NCBI GenBank assembly: GCA_963771465.1 | Contig: CAVYTU010000015.1 | Location: 800,001-864,000, forward strand | Direction of reading: 5' to 3' | DNA: 64,000 nt | DNA from: an uncultured delta proteobacterium | Lineage (GTDB): Bacteria > Desulfobacterota > Binatia > UBA9968 | In this document: positions 52,947 through 63,111 of the stretch, one piece after another | How the letters are laid out: each line of letters opens with the position of its first letter | Position numbering within the stretch: the stretch's first letter is position 1 | Position numbers and translations under genes: made by a program | Notes under the pieces: generated by a model | Databases searched by the model: none | What the model was told of the DNA's origin: nothing | What the model saw: only the letters and a program-made list of their open reading frames with translations

Positions 52947-53447
52947 ATGCCCAAAGTCACATCCCTCGGACACATGGGTTTTTACGTGCGCGATATCGAG
53001 CGCTCGGTCGCTTTCTACCGCGACATTCTCGGACTCAAAATCAGCGACCGCAGCCCGCGCGGCGCGGTGTTCATGACCGCTCAAGACCGCTTGGCCGAAC
53101 ATCACGAGCTTTATCTGGCGCCGGGGCGAAATGATGACGGCAAGGCGAATGTTTTGCAGCAAATCTCCTTCCGCTGCTCCACCGTCGCCGATGTCAAGGA
53201 GTTCTATCGTATATTTGTCGAAAACAAGGTGCCGATTAACCGCTGCGTCAGCCACGGCAACACCGTCAGCATTTACGCCGAAGATCCCGACGGCAACCCG
53301 GTCGAAGTGTATTGGCCCAACGGCGTCGACGTGCCGCAACCGTTTGGCAAGCCGATGGATTTGTCGAAGAGCGAAAGCGAAATCATGGCGCAGCTCGAAA
53401 ATATCCTTGCGGAATGGCGCGCCAGTCACACGGGAGCGGTAAGTTAG
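52947..53447 (+). CDS. VOC / glyoxalase family protein
   Basis: LGHMGFYVRDIERSVAFYRDILGL, EHHEL, SIYAEDPDGNPVEVY; AAGGAGG RBS. Confidence 0.88.
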   Translation: MPKVTSLGHMGFYVRDIERSVAFYRDILGLKISDRSPRGAVFMTAQDRLAEHHELYLAPGRNDDGKANVLQQISFRCSTVADVKEFYRIFVENKVPINRCVSHGNTVSIYAEDPDGNPVEVYWPNGVDVPQPFGKPMDLSKSESEIMAQLENILAEWRASHTGAVS

Positions 53448-53477
53448 AGATTCGCGATAGAGACAGGCAACGGCAAT

Positions 53478-54470
53478 ATGCGAGTCGACATTCACAGTCA
53501 CACCGCTCCGGCATCGTATGTTGAAGCGATCCGGCGCGATCCGAAAAGCATGGGCTGCCGCATCGAGAAAGACGCCCAGGGACACGAAGCGATCGTCCAG
53601 GACAACGGCCGCTCGACGCGCTTGCGCACCAATTTGATCGATCCGGAGCTGCGCCTTCGCGAGATGGCCGCCGAGCAAGTGGACGTGATCGTCGAATCGC
53701 TCCTGCCGCCGCTGTTGCCGCTGTGGGCGCCCACCGCCATGGGCGTACGCGTTTGCCAAGTGGTCAACGATGCGGTGGCCGCGGATGCCGCGCGCTTTCC
53801 ACGACGTATGGTGGCCATGGGCATCGTGCCGTTTCAGGATGCCGGCGAGGCGGTGCGCGAGCTCGACCGGGTGGTCAAACAGCACCGTATGAAGTCAGTG
53901 CTCATTCCCGCCAGCCATGCCGGCAAAAATCTCGACGAGCCGGAATTTTTTCCGTTCTTCGAGCGCGCCCAGGAATATGGCGTGCTGGTTTTTATCCATC
54001 CCCACGAAGTCGCCGCCGCCGATCGATTGAAAAAATACGCCCTGGGAAACTTGATCGGCAATCCGTTGGAAACCACCATCGCGCAGGCGAGTCTGATCTT
54101 TGGCGGCGTGCTCGAACGCTTGCCGGGACTGAAGGTTTGTTGCGCTCATGGCGGCGGCTATTCGCCGTGGATTCGCGGCCGCTGGCGCCACGGCCACGGC
54201 AGCCGTCACGAAGCGCGCGACACGATATCCAGACCCGTCTACGAATACTTAGGCCGCCTGTATTTCGACAGCTGCATCTTCGATTCGGCGTCGCTGGAAT
54301 TTCTGATTGAAACCATGGGCGCCGACCATGTTCTCCTCGGCACCGACTATCCCACGCCGATGATGGATGCGGGTCAGGTTGCCGTCATGGACAAGATCAC
54401 CGGACTCAGCGCGGAAGACAAAGAATATGTCATGGGCGGCAATGCCGCGAGACTGCTTGGATTGCAGTAA
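53478..54470 (+). CDS. Amidohydrolase_2 family (ACMSD-like decarboxylase/hydrolase)
   Basis: DIHSH, VFIHP, IGNPLETT, AHGGG, LGTDYP. Confidence 0.9.
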   Translation: MRVDIHSHTAPASYVEAIRRDPKSMGCRIEKDAQGHEAIVQDNGRSTRLRTNLIDPELRLREMAAEQVDVIVESLLPPLLPLWAPTAMGVRVCQVVNDAVAADAARFPRRMVAMGIVPFQDAGEAVRELDRVVKQHRMKSVLIPASHAGKNLDEPEFFPFFERAQEYGVLVFIHPHEVAAADRLKKYALGNLIGNPLETTIAQASLIFGGVLERLPGLKVCCAHGGGYSPWIRGRWRHGHGSRHEARDTISRPVYEYLGRLYFDSCIFDSASLEFLIETMGADHVLLGTDYPTPMMDAGQVAVMDKITGLSAEDKEYVMGGNAARLLGLQ

Positions 54471-54559
54471 CCGTGGCGGCTTATTGAGATGACCGAGGCT
54501 AACCAAACGAAATCTCATCTCCCAAGCAAATAACCTCGGAGAAAATCGGAAGGTGTTTG

Positions 54560-55129
54560 ATGCCACATATTCCCTACGTCGATCCTGACAATGTTGCGGA
54601 CCCGGAGATCAAAGGCTATCTAGAGCGCGCGCGCCGCGAAGGCACACCGCGCCCCGAAAGCCAGGCGGTGCGCGCCAACGTGCCCAACGTCATCCGCGCT
54701 TTCTCCCAAGCGTGGGATCTCACCTTTCGTAACGGTGTCGTCGATCACTCTCTCAAAGAGCTTTGCCGGGTTTACGTTTCCAAGTCGATCGATTGCGAAT
54801 ATTGAGGCGTGCAGCGCTCCGTCCAGGCTGGACGGCAAGGACTCACCGAAGCGAAGTACGACGAGCTGCTCAACTTCGCCGACTCAGACAAATTCACCGA
54901 GCGGGAGAAAGTCGCATTGACTTATACCAGCGCCATCGCCTGGAACTCCGAGATCGCCGACGACGCACTGTGGGCAAAATTGCACCAGCACTTTTCGAAT
55001 CCCGAATTGGTCGAGCTCGGCTTTTTCATCGGCCTGACGCTTGGCCAACAGCGCTGGATCAAAACCCTCGGCATCGAGCACGGCGCCGTGCTCGGCGATA
55101 CCACAACCGGTTTGGCGCCGGCGAAGTGA
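54560..55129 (+). CDS. AhpD/CMD-family protein with CxxU motif (in-frame TGA 54803-54805): probable selenoprotein
   Basis: The two ORF-track pieces (54557-54805, 54809-55129) are in one frame: LKELCRVYVSKSIDCEY-TGA-GVQRS...FTEREKVAL...HFSNPELVEL. Confidence 0.88.
54819..54835 (+). promoter_or_regulatory. Putative bacterial SECIS element (AhpD/CMD)
   Basis: Perfect 7-bp hairpin CCGUCCA-GGC-UGGACGG; loop G 21 nt after UGA. Confidence 0.75.
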
Positions 55130-55233
55130 GCAGCTCACCACGAAGCAACGAAGATTTGGCCGCAAATAACGCAGTTAGGATCGGGCTTGTCGCCGCGAGT
55201 TCGTCTATGGATTCACCAACGCGTACTGCCGGC

Positions 55234-56901
55234 TCAACGCAGCCGATCGGCGATTTTCGAAACATCGTCAACCGCATAGATCGCCAGCGCTTCGCGCCGG
55301 TTGCGCACGGTCAATTCGTGGCGTGGCAAATCGGCAATACTCAATCCCGATTGCTGCGCGACGACTTCCGAGATCACCATTTGACACTGATATTCCTTCG
55401 TCGAATCCTGCAAGCGGCTGGCGACGTTGACGGTGTCGCCGATGGCGGTCAGGTGGATTGAGGCGCCGTAACCCATACGTCCGACGACGGCCGGCCCACA
55501 GTGAATACCGACGCCGATCCGTAGCGGCTCGTCGAGATCTTCGGCGAGCATGCGGCTGAGCGCGTCGACTTGTTCAACCATCGCTTGGGCGGCGGCTAAC
55601 GCTTGACGGCAACCTTCCTGCGGCCCGCTGTCGACACCGAACAACGCCATCACGCCGTCGCCAATAAATTTGTCGACAATGCCACCAGCCTTGGTAATCG
55701 CCGCGCCGACCGATTCGAAATAACGGTTCAGCAGGAACACCAAATCGTAAGGTAGTTTATGCTCGGCGATCCCCGTAAACGTGCGCAGATCGGCGAACAA
55801 GACGGCGATCGTGCGCTCCTGGCCGGCGAGATACGCCGGCTGCGCATAACCGTCGCTCGCCTGCGCATCGGCGGGGAGTAGCCGGGTGGCGGTCACATCG
55901 GTCGTCGGTCTAAGTTGGCACGCCAGCCGCACGTTCGCAGCCGCGCCGACGCGCTGAAGCACTTTCAATTCACCGGCACTCGGCGGCGGTAAGGTGGACA
56001 ATCCTTGCGACACACGGATGCGGCAAGTCGAGCAGCGTCCTCGACCGCCGCACACCGACGCATGGGGAATCCCCGCCAACCGGCTCGCTTCGAGGACGGA
56101 AAAGCCGCGTGGCGCCAGCACTTCCCTGCCGTCGGCATAGCTGATGCAAATTTGGCTGCTCCGCTCGTAAAGAGAACGCGCGACGCGCGCCAAGAGCGCC
56201 AGTGTGATGGCGACGGCGAAGGTGATCAGCGCGCCGTCGTTGACGAGATAGATGATTTGGCGTTCGCTGCGCGGTGGAATTTTGGCCGCGGTGAGAAATC
56301 GCTCGACCCAGTCCGGCTGGCGGGCGATCAGGTTCGACAATTCGCGGCCGGCGTTGACGAACCCCATCAATCCGCACAGCGGAATGAGCAATGCCAGGAC
56401 AAGAAAGTAAGGCGCGACGCGCGGGTACCAAGGTTTCAATCTCAACCAATAATGAAAGCCGATGCAGCCGTGCGTCCATGCGACGAGAATCAGTATCGAC
56501 TGTCTCAATCCATCCATCGGCGAGGCATGCCAAAGCGTCAGAACGATCAACGCGTAGGAATCATCGATGCCGAAAAGCTCGTGGTTCAAGCGCGTGCCGA
56601 CGATGTGAATCGACAGCAGCAGCGGAATCGTCAAGCCGAAGAGCAATTGCAGCATCTCCGCCAGCGCCATGCGCAGGTGCCGGCGTTGATAGAGCGCCCA
56701 GATCGCGAGACTGAGATGCGTAAGCAAAGCACCGTATAGCGCCAATGTGCCGATCGGATTGCGCCAGAGCAACAAAAACCACTGCCGCCCCCACTCCATC
56801 GCGTCGAGGGAGATCAAACCGAGCCCGTGATTGAGCAGATGCGTCGATAGATAGGTCAGCAGAATCAGACCGGTAACCAGGCGTGTGCGGCGAACGTTCA
56901 T
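55234..56901 (-). CDS. Class III adenylate cyclase with His-containing membrane domain and 2Fe-2S ferredoxin domain (CyaC-like)
   Basis: TM helices with His (HLLNH, LLTH, IHIVG, WTHGCIG); CGGRGRCSTC...RLACQ; FADLRTFT, DKFIGDG, IGDTVNVASRL. Confidence 0.9.
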   Translation of the reverse strand: MNVRRTRLVTGLILLTYLSTHLLNHGLGLISLDAMEWGRQWFLLLWRNPIGTLALYGALLTHLSLAIWALYQRRHLRMALAEMLQLLFGLTIPLLLSIHIVGTRLNHELFGIDDSYALIVLTLWHASPMDGLRQSILILVAWTHGCIGFHYWLRLKPWYPRVAPYFLVLALLIPLCGLMGFVNAGRELSNLIARQPDWVERFLTAAKIPPRSERQIIYLVNDGALITFAVAITLALLARVARSLYERSSQICISYADGREVLAPRGFSVLEASRLAGIPHASVCGGRGRCSTCRIRVSQGLSTLPPPSAGELKVLQRVGAAANVRLACQLRPTTDVTATRLLPADAQASDGYAQPAYLAGQERTIAVLFADLRTFTGIAEHKLPYDLVFLLNRYFESVGAAITKAGGIVDKFIGDGVMALFGVDSGPQEGCRQALAAAQAMVEQVDALSRMLAEDLDEPLRIGVGIHCGPAVVGRMGYGASIHLTAIGDTVNVASRLQDSTKEYQCQMVISEVVAQQSGLSIADLPRHELTVRNRREALAIYAVDDVSKIADRLR

Positions 56902-57142
56902 GAATTGGGCGCCAATCTACTACGAGTCCGCGCCTCGGTCCATGTTGTTGTATGACAGCGCGGCAAAATTCACATGGCTGTCGTTCATTCGGCATCCGAT
57001 CTATTGCCTAATGGCTGTTGCCCATTGCCTTCTTGCTGTTGACTCCCTCTACGAACTCGTCCTATTTATGAACCGACCATTTTCATAAGAGAAATTTTTT
57101 GAGCGCGCTCGCGCGGCCGGGCCAGACCAAAGGAGCCAAATC

Positions 57143-58279
57143 ATGCGAGACGGATTTAAGATCATCGACGCTGACCGCCATGTGCTCGAGCCGTCGGATC
57201 TGTTCGCCAAGTATTTGCCGGAAAAATTTCGCAGCCGCGTCGACATCCAAGGACCGAATCAGTCCTATCGTCGCGTCGATGGCGAGCTGATCTCTGACGC
57301 CGACAAACTGCGCGACGTCAGCAAGCAAGAGGACTTTGGCTTTACCTTCGCGGCCTCGAAAAAGTGGCGCGAGACTTTCGCCGACGCGCTGGCGTCGAAG
57401 TTCGACACCGCGTCCAATGTCCGCGACATGGACAAAGAGGGCGTCGATGTCGGCGTGCTTTTTCCCACCGTCGGCCTCTACATCATGTGGCGCGACAACC
57501 TCGATCCCGACCTTAACGCCGCCATCTGCCGCGCCTACAACACTTGGCTGTCAGACTACTGCAGCGACAGTAACAAGCGGCTCTACGGCGTCGCGCTGAT
57601 CCCATTGCAAGATCCCAAGCGCGCGGTCGCAGAGCTCAAGTACGCCAAAGAGAAACTTGGCTTGGTCGGCATCTTCTGGCGGCCGAATAAATTATCTGGG
57701 CGGACGATGTCGAGCCCGGACTATGATCCGATCTATGAAACGGCCGCCGATCTCGGCGTCACCGTGTGCGTCCACGAAGGCGCGCGCACCGTGCTGCCGC
57801 AAGCGGGTTCGGATCGCTACAGTGAATTTGGCCGTCATATCGCCTGTCATCCCCTCGAACAGATGCTCGCGTCGTTAAATCTTTGCGCCGACGGAGTTTT
57901 AGAAAAATTTCCCGCGCTCAAAGTCGCCCATTTGGAATCGGGCTGCGGCTGGGTGCCGTTTTGGTTGGAACGCATGGATGAACACTGGGAACATGAGGGG
58001 CATGGCCAAGCCAAGACGACCAAAGAAAAACCGAGCTACTATTTCAAACGGCAATGCTGGACGAGTTGCGAAGCCGGCGAAGAGCTGGCGCCGGTTTATG
58101 TCGAGCATGTCGGCGCCGATTACTTATTGGTCGCGACGGATTATCCGCACAGCGATTGCATCGGTAAATTCCCCGATCGTACCGTCGGCGATCTCACCAA
58201 AAACGAACATCTCTCACAAGAAGCGCGGCGGAAAATTTTATGGGACAATCCGAAGCGCTTTTACGGACTGGAGGTTTAA
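57143..58279 (+). CDS. Amidohydrolase family protein
   Basis: IIDADRHVLEP, VLFPT, CRAYNTW, LESGCGWVPFWLERMDEHW, TDYPHSD. Confidence 0.9.
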   Translation: MRDGFKIIDADRHVLEPSDLFAKYLPEKFRSRVDIQGPNQSYRRVDGELISDADKLRDVSKQEDFGFTFAASKKWRETFADALASKFDTASNVRDMDKEGVDVGVLFPTVGLYIMWRDNLDPDLNAAICRAYNTWLSDYCSDSNKRLYGVALIPLQDPKRAVAELKYAKEKLGLVGIFWRPNKLSGRTMSSPDYDPIYETAADLGVTVCVHEGARTVLPQAGSDRYSEFGRHIACHPLEQMLASLNLCADGVLEKFPALKVAHLESGCGWVPFWLERMDEHWEHEGHGQAKTTKEKPSYYFKRQCWTSCEAGEELAPVYVEHVGADYLLVATDYPHSDCIGKFPDRTVGDLTKNEHLSQEARRKILWDNPKRFYGLEV

Positions 58280-58284
58280 GTCAC

Positions 58285-59310
58285 ATGGGTAAGTTTCACG
58301 TAGTGTATTTCGGCAGCAACGACGTGCCGGTCGATTTGCTCAAGCCGATCTTGGCTGAGATCGACGCAGACATGACCATCAGGCGGCCGACCACCGATGC
58401 GGAAGTGATTGAAATGGGCAAGGACGCCGACGGCATCATCATGCACGGCTCGGTGCCGCTGTCGCGGGAGATCATTTCGCAGTTAAAGCGCTGTAAAGTC
58501 GTCTGCCGCACCGGCGTCGGCGTCGATCGAATGGATCTCAAAGCCGCCCAAGATCACGGCATGATTATCTGCAACGCGGCGGGCTGTAATTCCATCGAAG
58601 TCGCCGAGCAAGCGATCGGCTTGCTGATCGCCATCTCGCGCAAGCTCATGCGCATGAACCAATACGTCCATGACGGCAAGTGGAAGCGACACACCGCGGA
58701 ATTGCACGCCTACCGCGGCCGGGTTTATCGAATTCAAGGTCGGACGATGGGCATTGTCGGCCTCGGCCACGTCGGCAAACAAGTTGCGCCGCGCGCCCAA
58801 GGCATGCGCTTGAACGTGCAAACCTTCGATCCCTATCTCGATGAAAAAACCGCCAAAGAATACGGCGTAAAGATGGTGTCCTTCGAGGAGTTGGTGAAAA
58901 CTTCCGACTTCATCAGCGTGCATGCGCCACTGACTAAACAAACCCGCCACATGTTCAGCACGGCGCAGTTCAAGGCGATGAAAAAGACCGCCTACCTTAT
59001 TAACTGCGCCCGCGGCGGCCTAGTGGATTCCGATGGCTTGTACGATGCCCTGGTGGCAGGCGAACTAGCGGGCGCCGCTCTTGACGTAACCGAACCGGAA
59101 CCATTGCCGTCCGATCACAAACTGCTAACACTCCCCAACGTCATCGTCACGTGCCATACCGCGGCGAATTCAGACGAGTCGTACGCTGACTGCCAGAGCC
59201 ACGCAGCGAGAGAAGTTGTCGGTGTGTTAAGCGGCAAAGGTCCGACAACTGAGATCAAAGATCCGTGGCTGTTGGCCGAAGCGCAGGAGGAGGGGTTTGG
59301 CGGAGTGTAA
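58285..59310 (+). CDS. D-isomer-specific 2-hydroxyacid dehydrogenase (CtBP/SerA-like)
   Basis: RTGVGVD, EVAE, GIVGLGHVG, HAPLT, INCARG, ALDVTEPEP, TCHTA. Confidence 0.9.
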   Translation: MGKFHVVYFGSNDVPVDLLKPILAEIDADMTIRRPTTDAEVIEMGKDADGIIMHGSVPLSREIISQLKRCKVVCRTGVGVDRMDLKAAQDHGMIICNAAGCNSIEVAEQAIGLLIAISRKLMRMNQYVHDGKWKRHTAELHAYRGRVYRIQGRTMGIVGLGHVGKQVAPRAQGMRLNVQTFDPYLDEKTAKEYGVKMVSFEELVKTSDFISVHAPLTKQTRHMFSTAQFKAMKKTAYLINCARGGLVDSDGLYDALVAGELAGAALDVTEPEPLPSDHKLLTLPNVIVTCHTAANSDESYADCQSHAAREVVGVLSGKGPTTEIKDPWLLAEAQEEGFGGV

Positions 59311-59484
59311 GAAGGATGCTGTGGAGTTGTATTTCCAATACCTGGAATGTTGCTTAAACAGTCTAAAGTTGGATTGCAACGATCGAGTCATGACCGCTCG
59401 CAACAATCTAATCGAGGCCGATCATTGTTGGGTGATTTGTGGCGATATACACGCTGATCAATCACTTCAGAGGAGAGCCTTGTC

Positions 59485-60480
59485 ATGAATCGATTTAAAT
59501 CTTCGATCCTGGGATTTTCTCTTTTATTGGTAATCGGCAGCATTGCTCAACCCGTTTCATCGCAAGAGACTAAGCGCTTCCACTTCGCAGTCAGCACCCC
59601 GGTCCACTACCTGCCCATTTGGGTCGCAAAGGATATGGGACTCTATTCAAAGCACGGAATCGATGTGGAGGTCATTTGGATTCGCAGCGGCGCCATGGCA
59701 ACGCTTGGGATCGTCAGCGGGCAGTTGCCGCTTTCCGGTGTCGGCGCGGCATCGGTGGTCGCCGCCAGGGCAGAAGGAGCGGATATTGAACTGCTCGCCT
59801 GTCCGTTGGATGGGGACGTGGTTTATTTCATCGCCCGGCCGGAGATTAAATCACCCGAGCAGCTTAGGGGAAAGGCAACCGCGGTTACGCGTTTGGGCAC
59901 GAGCGTGCATTTTTACCTGCGCACCGCGCTAAAGCAGCTTGGTATGGACGCGGACAAAGACATGACGATCCTGCAACTGGGCATCGGGGCCGAGATCGCC
60001 TCGGCATTGGAGTCGGGGAGAATCGCCGCTGCCACCCTGAGTTTTCGTGACTCCTTATCGTTTGTGGAGCGCGGTTGGCCGATATTGGTGGATCTGACGA
60101 ACTCGATCAAATATCCTCCCTCGTGTGTGGCCAGCACCAAAAGTTTTGTCCGCAACAATCCGAATACGGTCGAGCGCTTCTTGAAAGCGTACACCGAAGC
60201 GATTCACGTGATTAAAACTAACCCGGCCCTCGCCAAACGGGTTTATGCCAAGACCTACCGAGAGTCGGACACGCGGGTTATCGACAAGGTTGTGGACCAT
60301 TACGCCGTAATATTCAAATCGATTCCAACGATTCCTCAGGGCGGCCTGGAGACCGTGATCCGCGACTTGGCGTCGAGAAAACCGTTGGCAAAAGAGTTTT
60401 TGCAGCCAGACCTTTACAAGGACGACGCTCCGTTGCAGAAACTCATTAAGGAAGGTTGGTTCGAACAGCTGCGAAAGTGA
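59485..60480 (+). CDS. ABC substrate-binding protein, SsuA/NMT1-like
   Basis: Signal peptide, LPIWVAKDMGLYSKHGIDVE, QLRGKATAVTRLG. Confidence 0.85.
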   Translation: MNRFKSSILGFSLLLVIGSIAQPVSSQETKRFHFAVSTPVHYLPIWVAKDMGLYSKHGIDVEVIWIRSGAMATLGIVSGQLPLSGVGAASVVAARAEGADIELLACPLDGDVVYFIARPEIKSPEQLRGKATAVTRLGTSVHFYLRTALKQLGMDADKDMTILQLGIGAEIASALESGRIAAATLSFRDSLSFVERGWPILVDLTNSIKYPPSCVASTKSFVRNNPNTVERFLKAYTEAIHVIKTNPALAKRVYAKTYRESDTRVIDKVVDHYAVIFKSIPTIPQGGLETVIRDLASRKPLAKEFLQPDLYKDDAPLQKLIKEGWFEQLRK

Positions 60481-60600
60481 TCGCGCGTCGATTCGAGGAG
60501 CGGTTCGTCTTACACGCCGCCAAAACCTTCGTCCAGCCCGCAGTTCAGCCCAACTGATCCGAGACACGGCGAATTCGCTATTGAAATTATAGATTCATCG

Positions 60601-60775
60601 CTGCTTGCTGATGAATCGTACGTCGATTGTCAAAGCCGCGCTGGCATATCTCGATCCGGAAAGCTGGAGCCGAAAGTGTATTCTAAACGTGGCACGCATG
60701 GGAAAATTTTCAAGCGACCGGACGATCTCAGAATACGCGCGGGAAATTTGGCAAGTAAAACCGGTCGCGGTAAAA
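60601..60775 (+). pseudogene. Remnant of the 3' end of a glycogen/maltodextrin phosphorylase (E. coli GlgP/MalP type)
   Basis: [13 protein letters not shown] in one frame, then [40 protein letters not shown]; only ~120 nt to the upstream gene. Confidence 0.8.
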
Positions 60776-61076
60776 TACTCCCGGCTGTTCAGCGACAGTG
60801 AATCCGCCAACGATGAACGCCTAAGAATCGCTCGACCACTGATCAGAGAAGATACCGGCGGATCACAAACTGATCGCCGTACCCAACGTCATTGTCACTT
60901 ACCACTGCGGCGGCCTCCGACAAATCCTATATCGAGTGCGAACCCCGCGCGGCAAGTGAAGTCGTCGGTGTTCTATGCACCATTGGCCCGAATCATATTG
61001 ACTGAGCCTTTGCTTTGCTCAATTACCTATTGCGTAGGATAGTATCGATGGTGAATATACTTTGAGGATTATTCGG

Positions 61077-62291
61077 ATGGCCCCAACTTGCATCATTATC
61101 GCCGGCGCTGGTCCTGTCGGAGTCGTCTCGGCACTCGCTCTCGCGCAGCACGGCTACGCGGTCACGTTGCTCGAAGCGGACACCGTAATCGACGACAACC
61201 CGCGGGCGGCGACGACCCATCCGTCAACCTTAGAAATGATCGCAAGGGTTGGGCTCGTCGATCAGTTCATCAAAGAAGGTCTCGTCGCGCGCTATTTTCA
61301 GTTCTGGGATAAGCCGAGCCGAACGAAGGTTGTCGAGTTCGATCACGAGCTGCTGCGCGATGAAACGCCATACCCTTTCGTTGTCCAAACTGAACAGCAT
61401 AAGCTCGCGCGTATGGGCATCGAGCGGCTGAAAAGTTTCGCCCATGTCGACGTGCGATTTTCTACTCGGGTCACCGGCGCAACCCAAGACACCGACGGCG
61501 CAACCGTATCGGCGAACGGACCGAACGGATTAGAAATTCATCGGGGCGATTGGGTGATCGGCGCAGACGGGGGTCGCAGCACGGTGCGCAAAGCGCTCGA
61601 GATCGAATTCGAAGGCTTCACGTGGCCGGAAAACTTTCTCGTGTTGACCACCACGGAAGATTTTCAACAATTGCTCGGCGGCTGTTGTTATCGCAACTAT
61701 CTCGCCGACCCGGATGAATGGACGAATCTTTTCAAAGTCGCCGGTGACGACGGCAAAGGGCGTTGGCGCGCAGTGTTTCCGACAAAAGTCGAAGAAAGCG
61801 ACGAGCAAGCGCTCGGCGACGAGTCGACATACTCGCGCCTGCAACGCGTCTACCCGTTGAATCGCAAATACAACGTCGTGCATCGCAATCTCTACAAAGT
61901 TCATCAGCGTGTCGCCGCCACTTTTCGCAAGGGCCGGGTCATTCTCGCCGGCGATTCGGCGCACGTCAACAACTCGGTGGGCGGGTTGGGTCTTAACAGC
62001 GGCATCCACGATGCCATGGAGCTTGTCGACACCTTGCACCAGATCATCACCAAACAAGCCGATGATTCCTTGTTAGACCGTTATTCACGCCGGCGGCGCA
62101 TGAGCAATATCGAGTCGGTCCAGGAGCAAACCATCGCCAATAAAAAACGCCTCGAAGAGCGCGATCCCGCGGCGCGCCAAGCCAAGTTCGACGAACTGCG
62201 CGCGATCGCGGAAGATCCGAAAAGGCACAAGGAGTTCTTGTTACGCACCTCGCTGATTGCCAGCATGCGCAAGGCGCAAAGCATGGATTGA
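61077..62291 (+). CDS. FAD-dependent monooxygenase (MhpA/UbiH-like)
   Basis: IAGAGPVG, GADGGRSTVR, LAGDSAHVNNSVGGLGLNSGIHDA. Confidence 0.9.
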   Translation: MAPTCIIIAGAGPVGVVSALALAQHGYAVTLLEADTVIDDNPRAATTHPSTLEMIARVGLVDQFIKEGLVARYFQFWDKPSRTKVVEFDHELLRDETPYPFVVQTEQHKLARMGIERLKSFAHVDVRFSTRVTGATQDTDGATVSANGPNGLEIHRGDWVIGADGGRSTVRKALEIEFEGFTWPENFLVLTTTEDFQQLLGGCCYRNYLADPDEWTNLFKVAGDDGKGRWRAVFPTKVEESDEQALGDESTYSRLQRVYPLNRKYNVVHRNLYKVHQRVAATFRKGRVILAGDSAHVNNSVGGLGLNSGIHDAMELVDTLHQIITKQADDSLLDRYSRRRRMSNIESVQEQTIANKKRLEERDPAARQAKFDELRAIAEDPKRHKEFLLRTSLIASMRKAQSMD

Positions 62292-62497
62292 GCAACTGCC
62301 AACCCTCGTGGTTCTTTTCCAACATCGCGCGCGGCAGAAGAATTCGAACTCAATTGTTACGTCTCTAACACAAAAATGTCCGGTTCCGGCCCTTCTAAGG
62401 CTGTTCTAAGGAATATCTGAGCCAACGCTGCGACATCTAGGCATGTCCGCCCCTAATTAAAGAGGCATGAGGCTTGCTCCTTTAGTTCCCCATCGAG

Positions 62498-63079
62498 GTG
62501 AAGCCAATGCAGCCGTTGCAAAAATTCCGGTTCTTTCTAGCCGTTGTTGTCACGCTTCCCGTCGTCCCGGCGATTGCACAGACCGACGTAGACGAATACT
62601 ACCGGCAGTGGATCGACTATCGTAATGGCGAGATCTCGGTCGCTTTCGAAGACACGCCGCTCCAGTTCGCGCTCCATGCCTTTCAAGCCCGCACGGGATT
62701 TCAGCTCGTCGTACCGACACCCATCGAACGGAAGGTTGTCAGTCTGCGCATCGACCGCCAACCGCTGGAGCCGGCGGTGCGTTCGTTGATATCCACCATC
62801 GGTTTTAGAAACTTCGCCGTTATGTACGACGACAACGGCCGGCCGCGCCGAGCGGTCGTTCTCGGCGCGCAACCGCTGCCCGTGCCAATTGTCGAATTAG
62901 CCGTAGCGCCTTTAACCTTGCCGGAACGGGACCGGCTTAAGAAAGATATGGAGCAATGGAGCAAATTGAAGTTGGAAGAACGCGGCAAGATCGAAGACCG
63001 CCTGAAAAGCTTGCCACCCTCCGACGATCGAGAAATCTTGGTGAAAGAGTACGGCCGCCAGCTCTTGGAAGCCAAATAG
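62498..63079 (+). CDS. Secreted hypothetical protein (STN/N0-like domain)
   Basis: Signal peptide, ISVAFEDTPLQFAL...VSLRIDRQPLEPAVRSL resembles secretin/TonB N0 domains. Confidence 0.6.
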   Translation: MKPMQPLQKFRFFLAVVVTLPVVPAIAQTDVDEYYRQWIDYRNGEISVAFEDTPLQFALHAFQARTGFQLVVPTPIERKVVSLRIDRQPLEPAVRSLISTIGFRNFAVMYDDNGRPRRAVVLGAQPLPVPIVELAVAPLTLPERDRLKKDMEQWSKLKLEERGKIEDRLKSLPPSDDREILVKEYGRQLLEAK

Positions 63080-63111
63080 CCAGGATCTTTTAACCCGTCA
63101 TCATTTTCAAA

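Noticed and set aside
60776-61042. Extension of the 60605-61042 ORF as a real 145-aa protein
   Set aside because: Similarity to phosphorylase ends near 60775; the remainder looks like non-coding read-through
62463-62478. AGGCATGAGGCTTGCT sigma-54-like site before the 62498 gene
   Set aside because: Spacing fits GG-N10-GC but it lacks the T of TGGC and leaves a very short leader; too weak without conservation data
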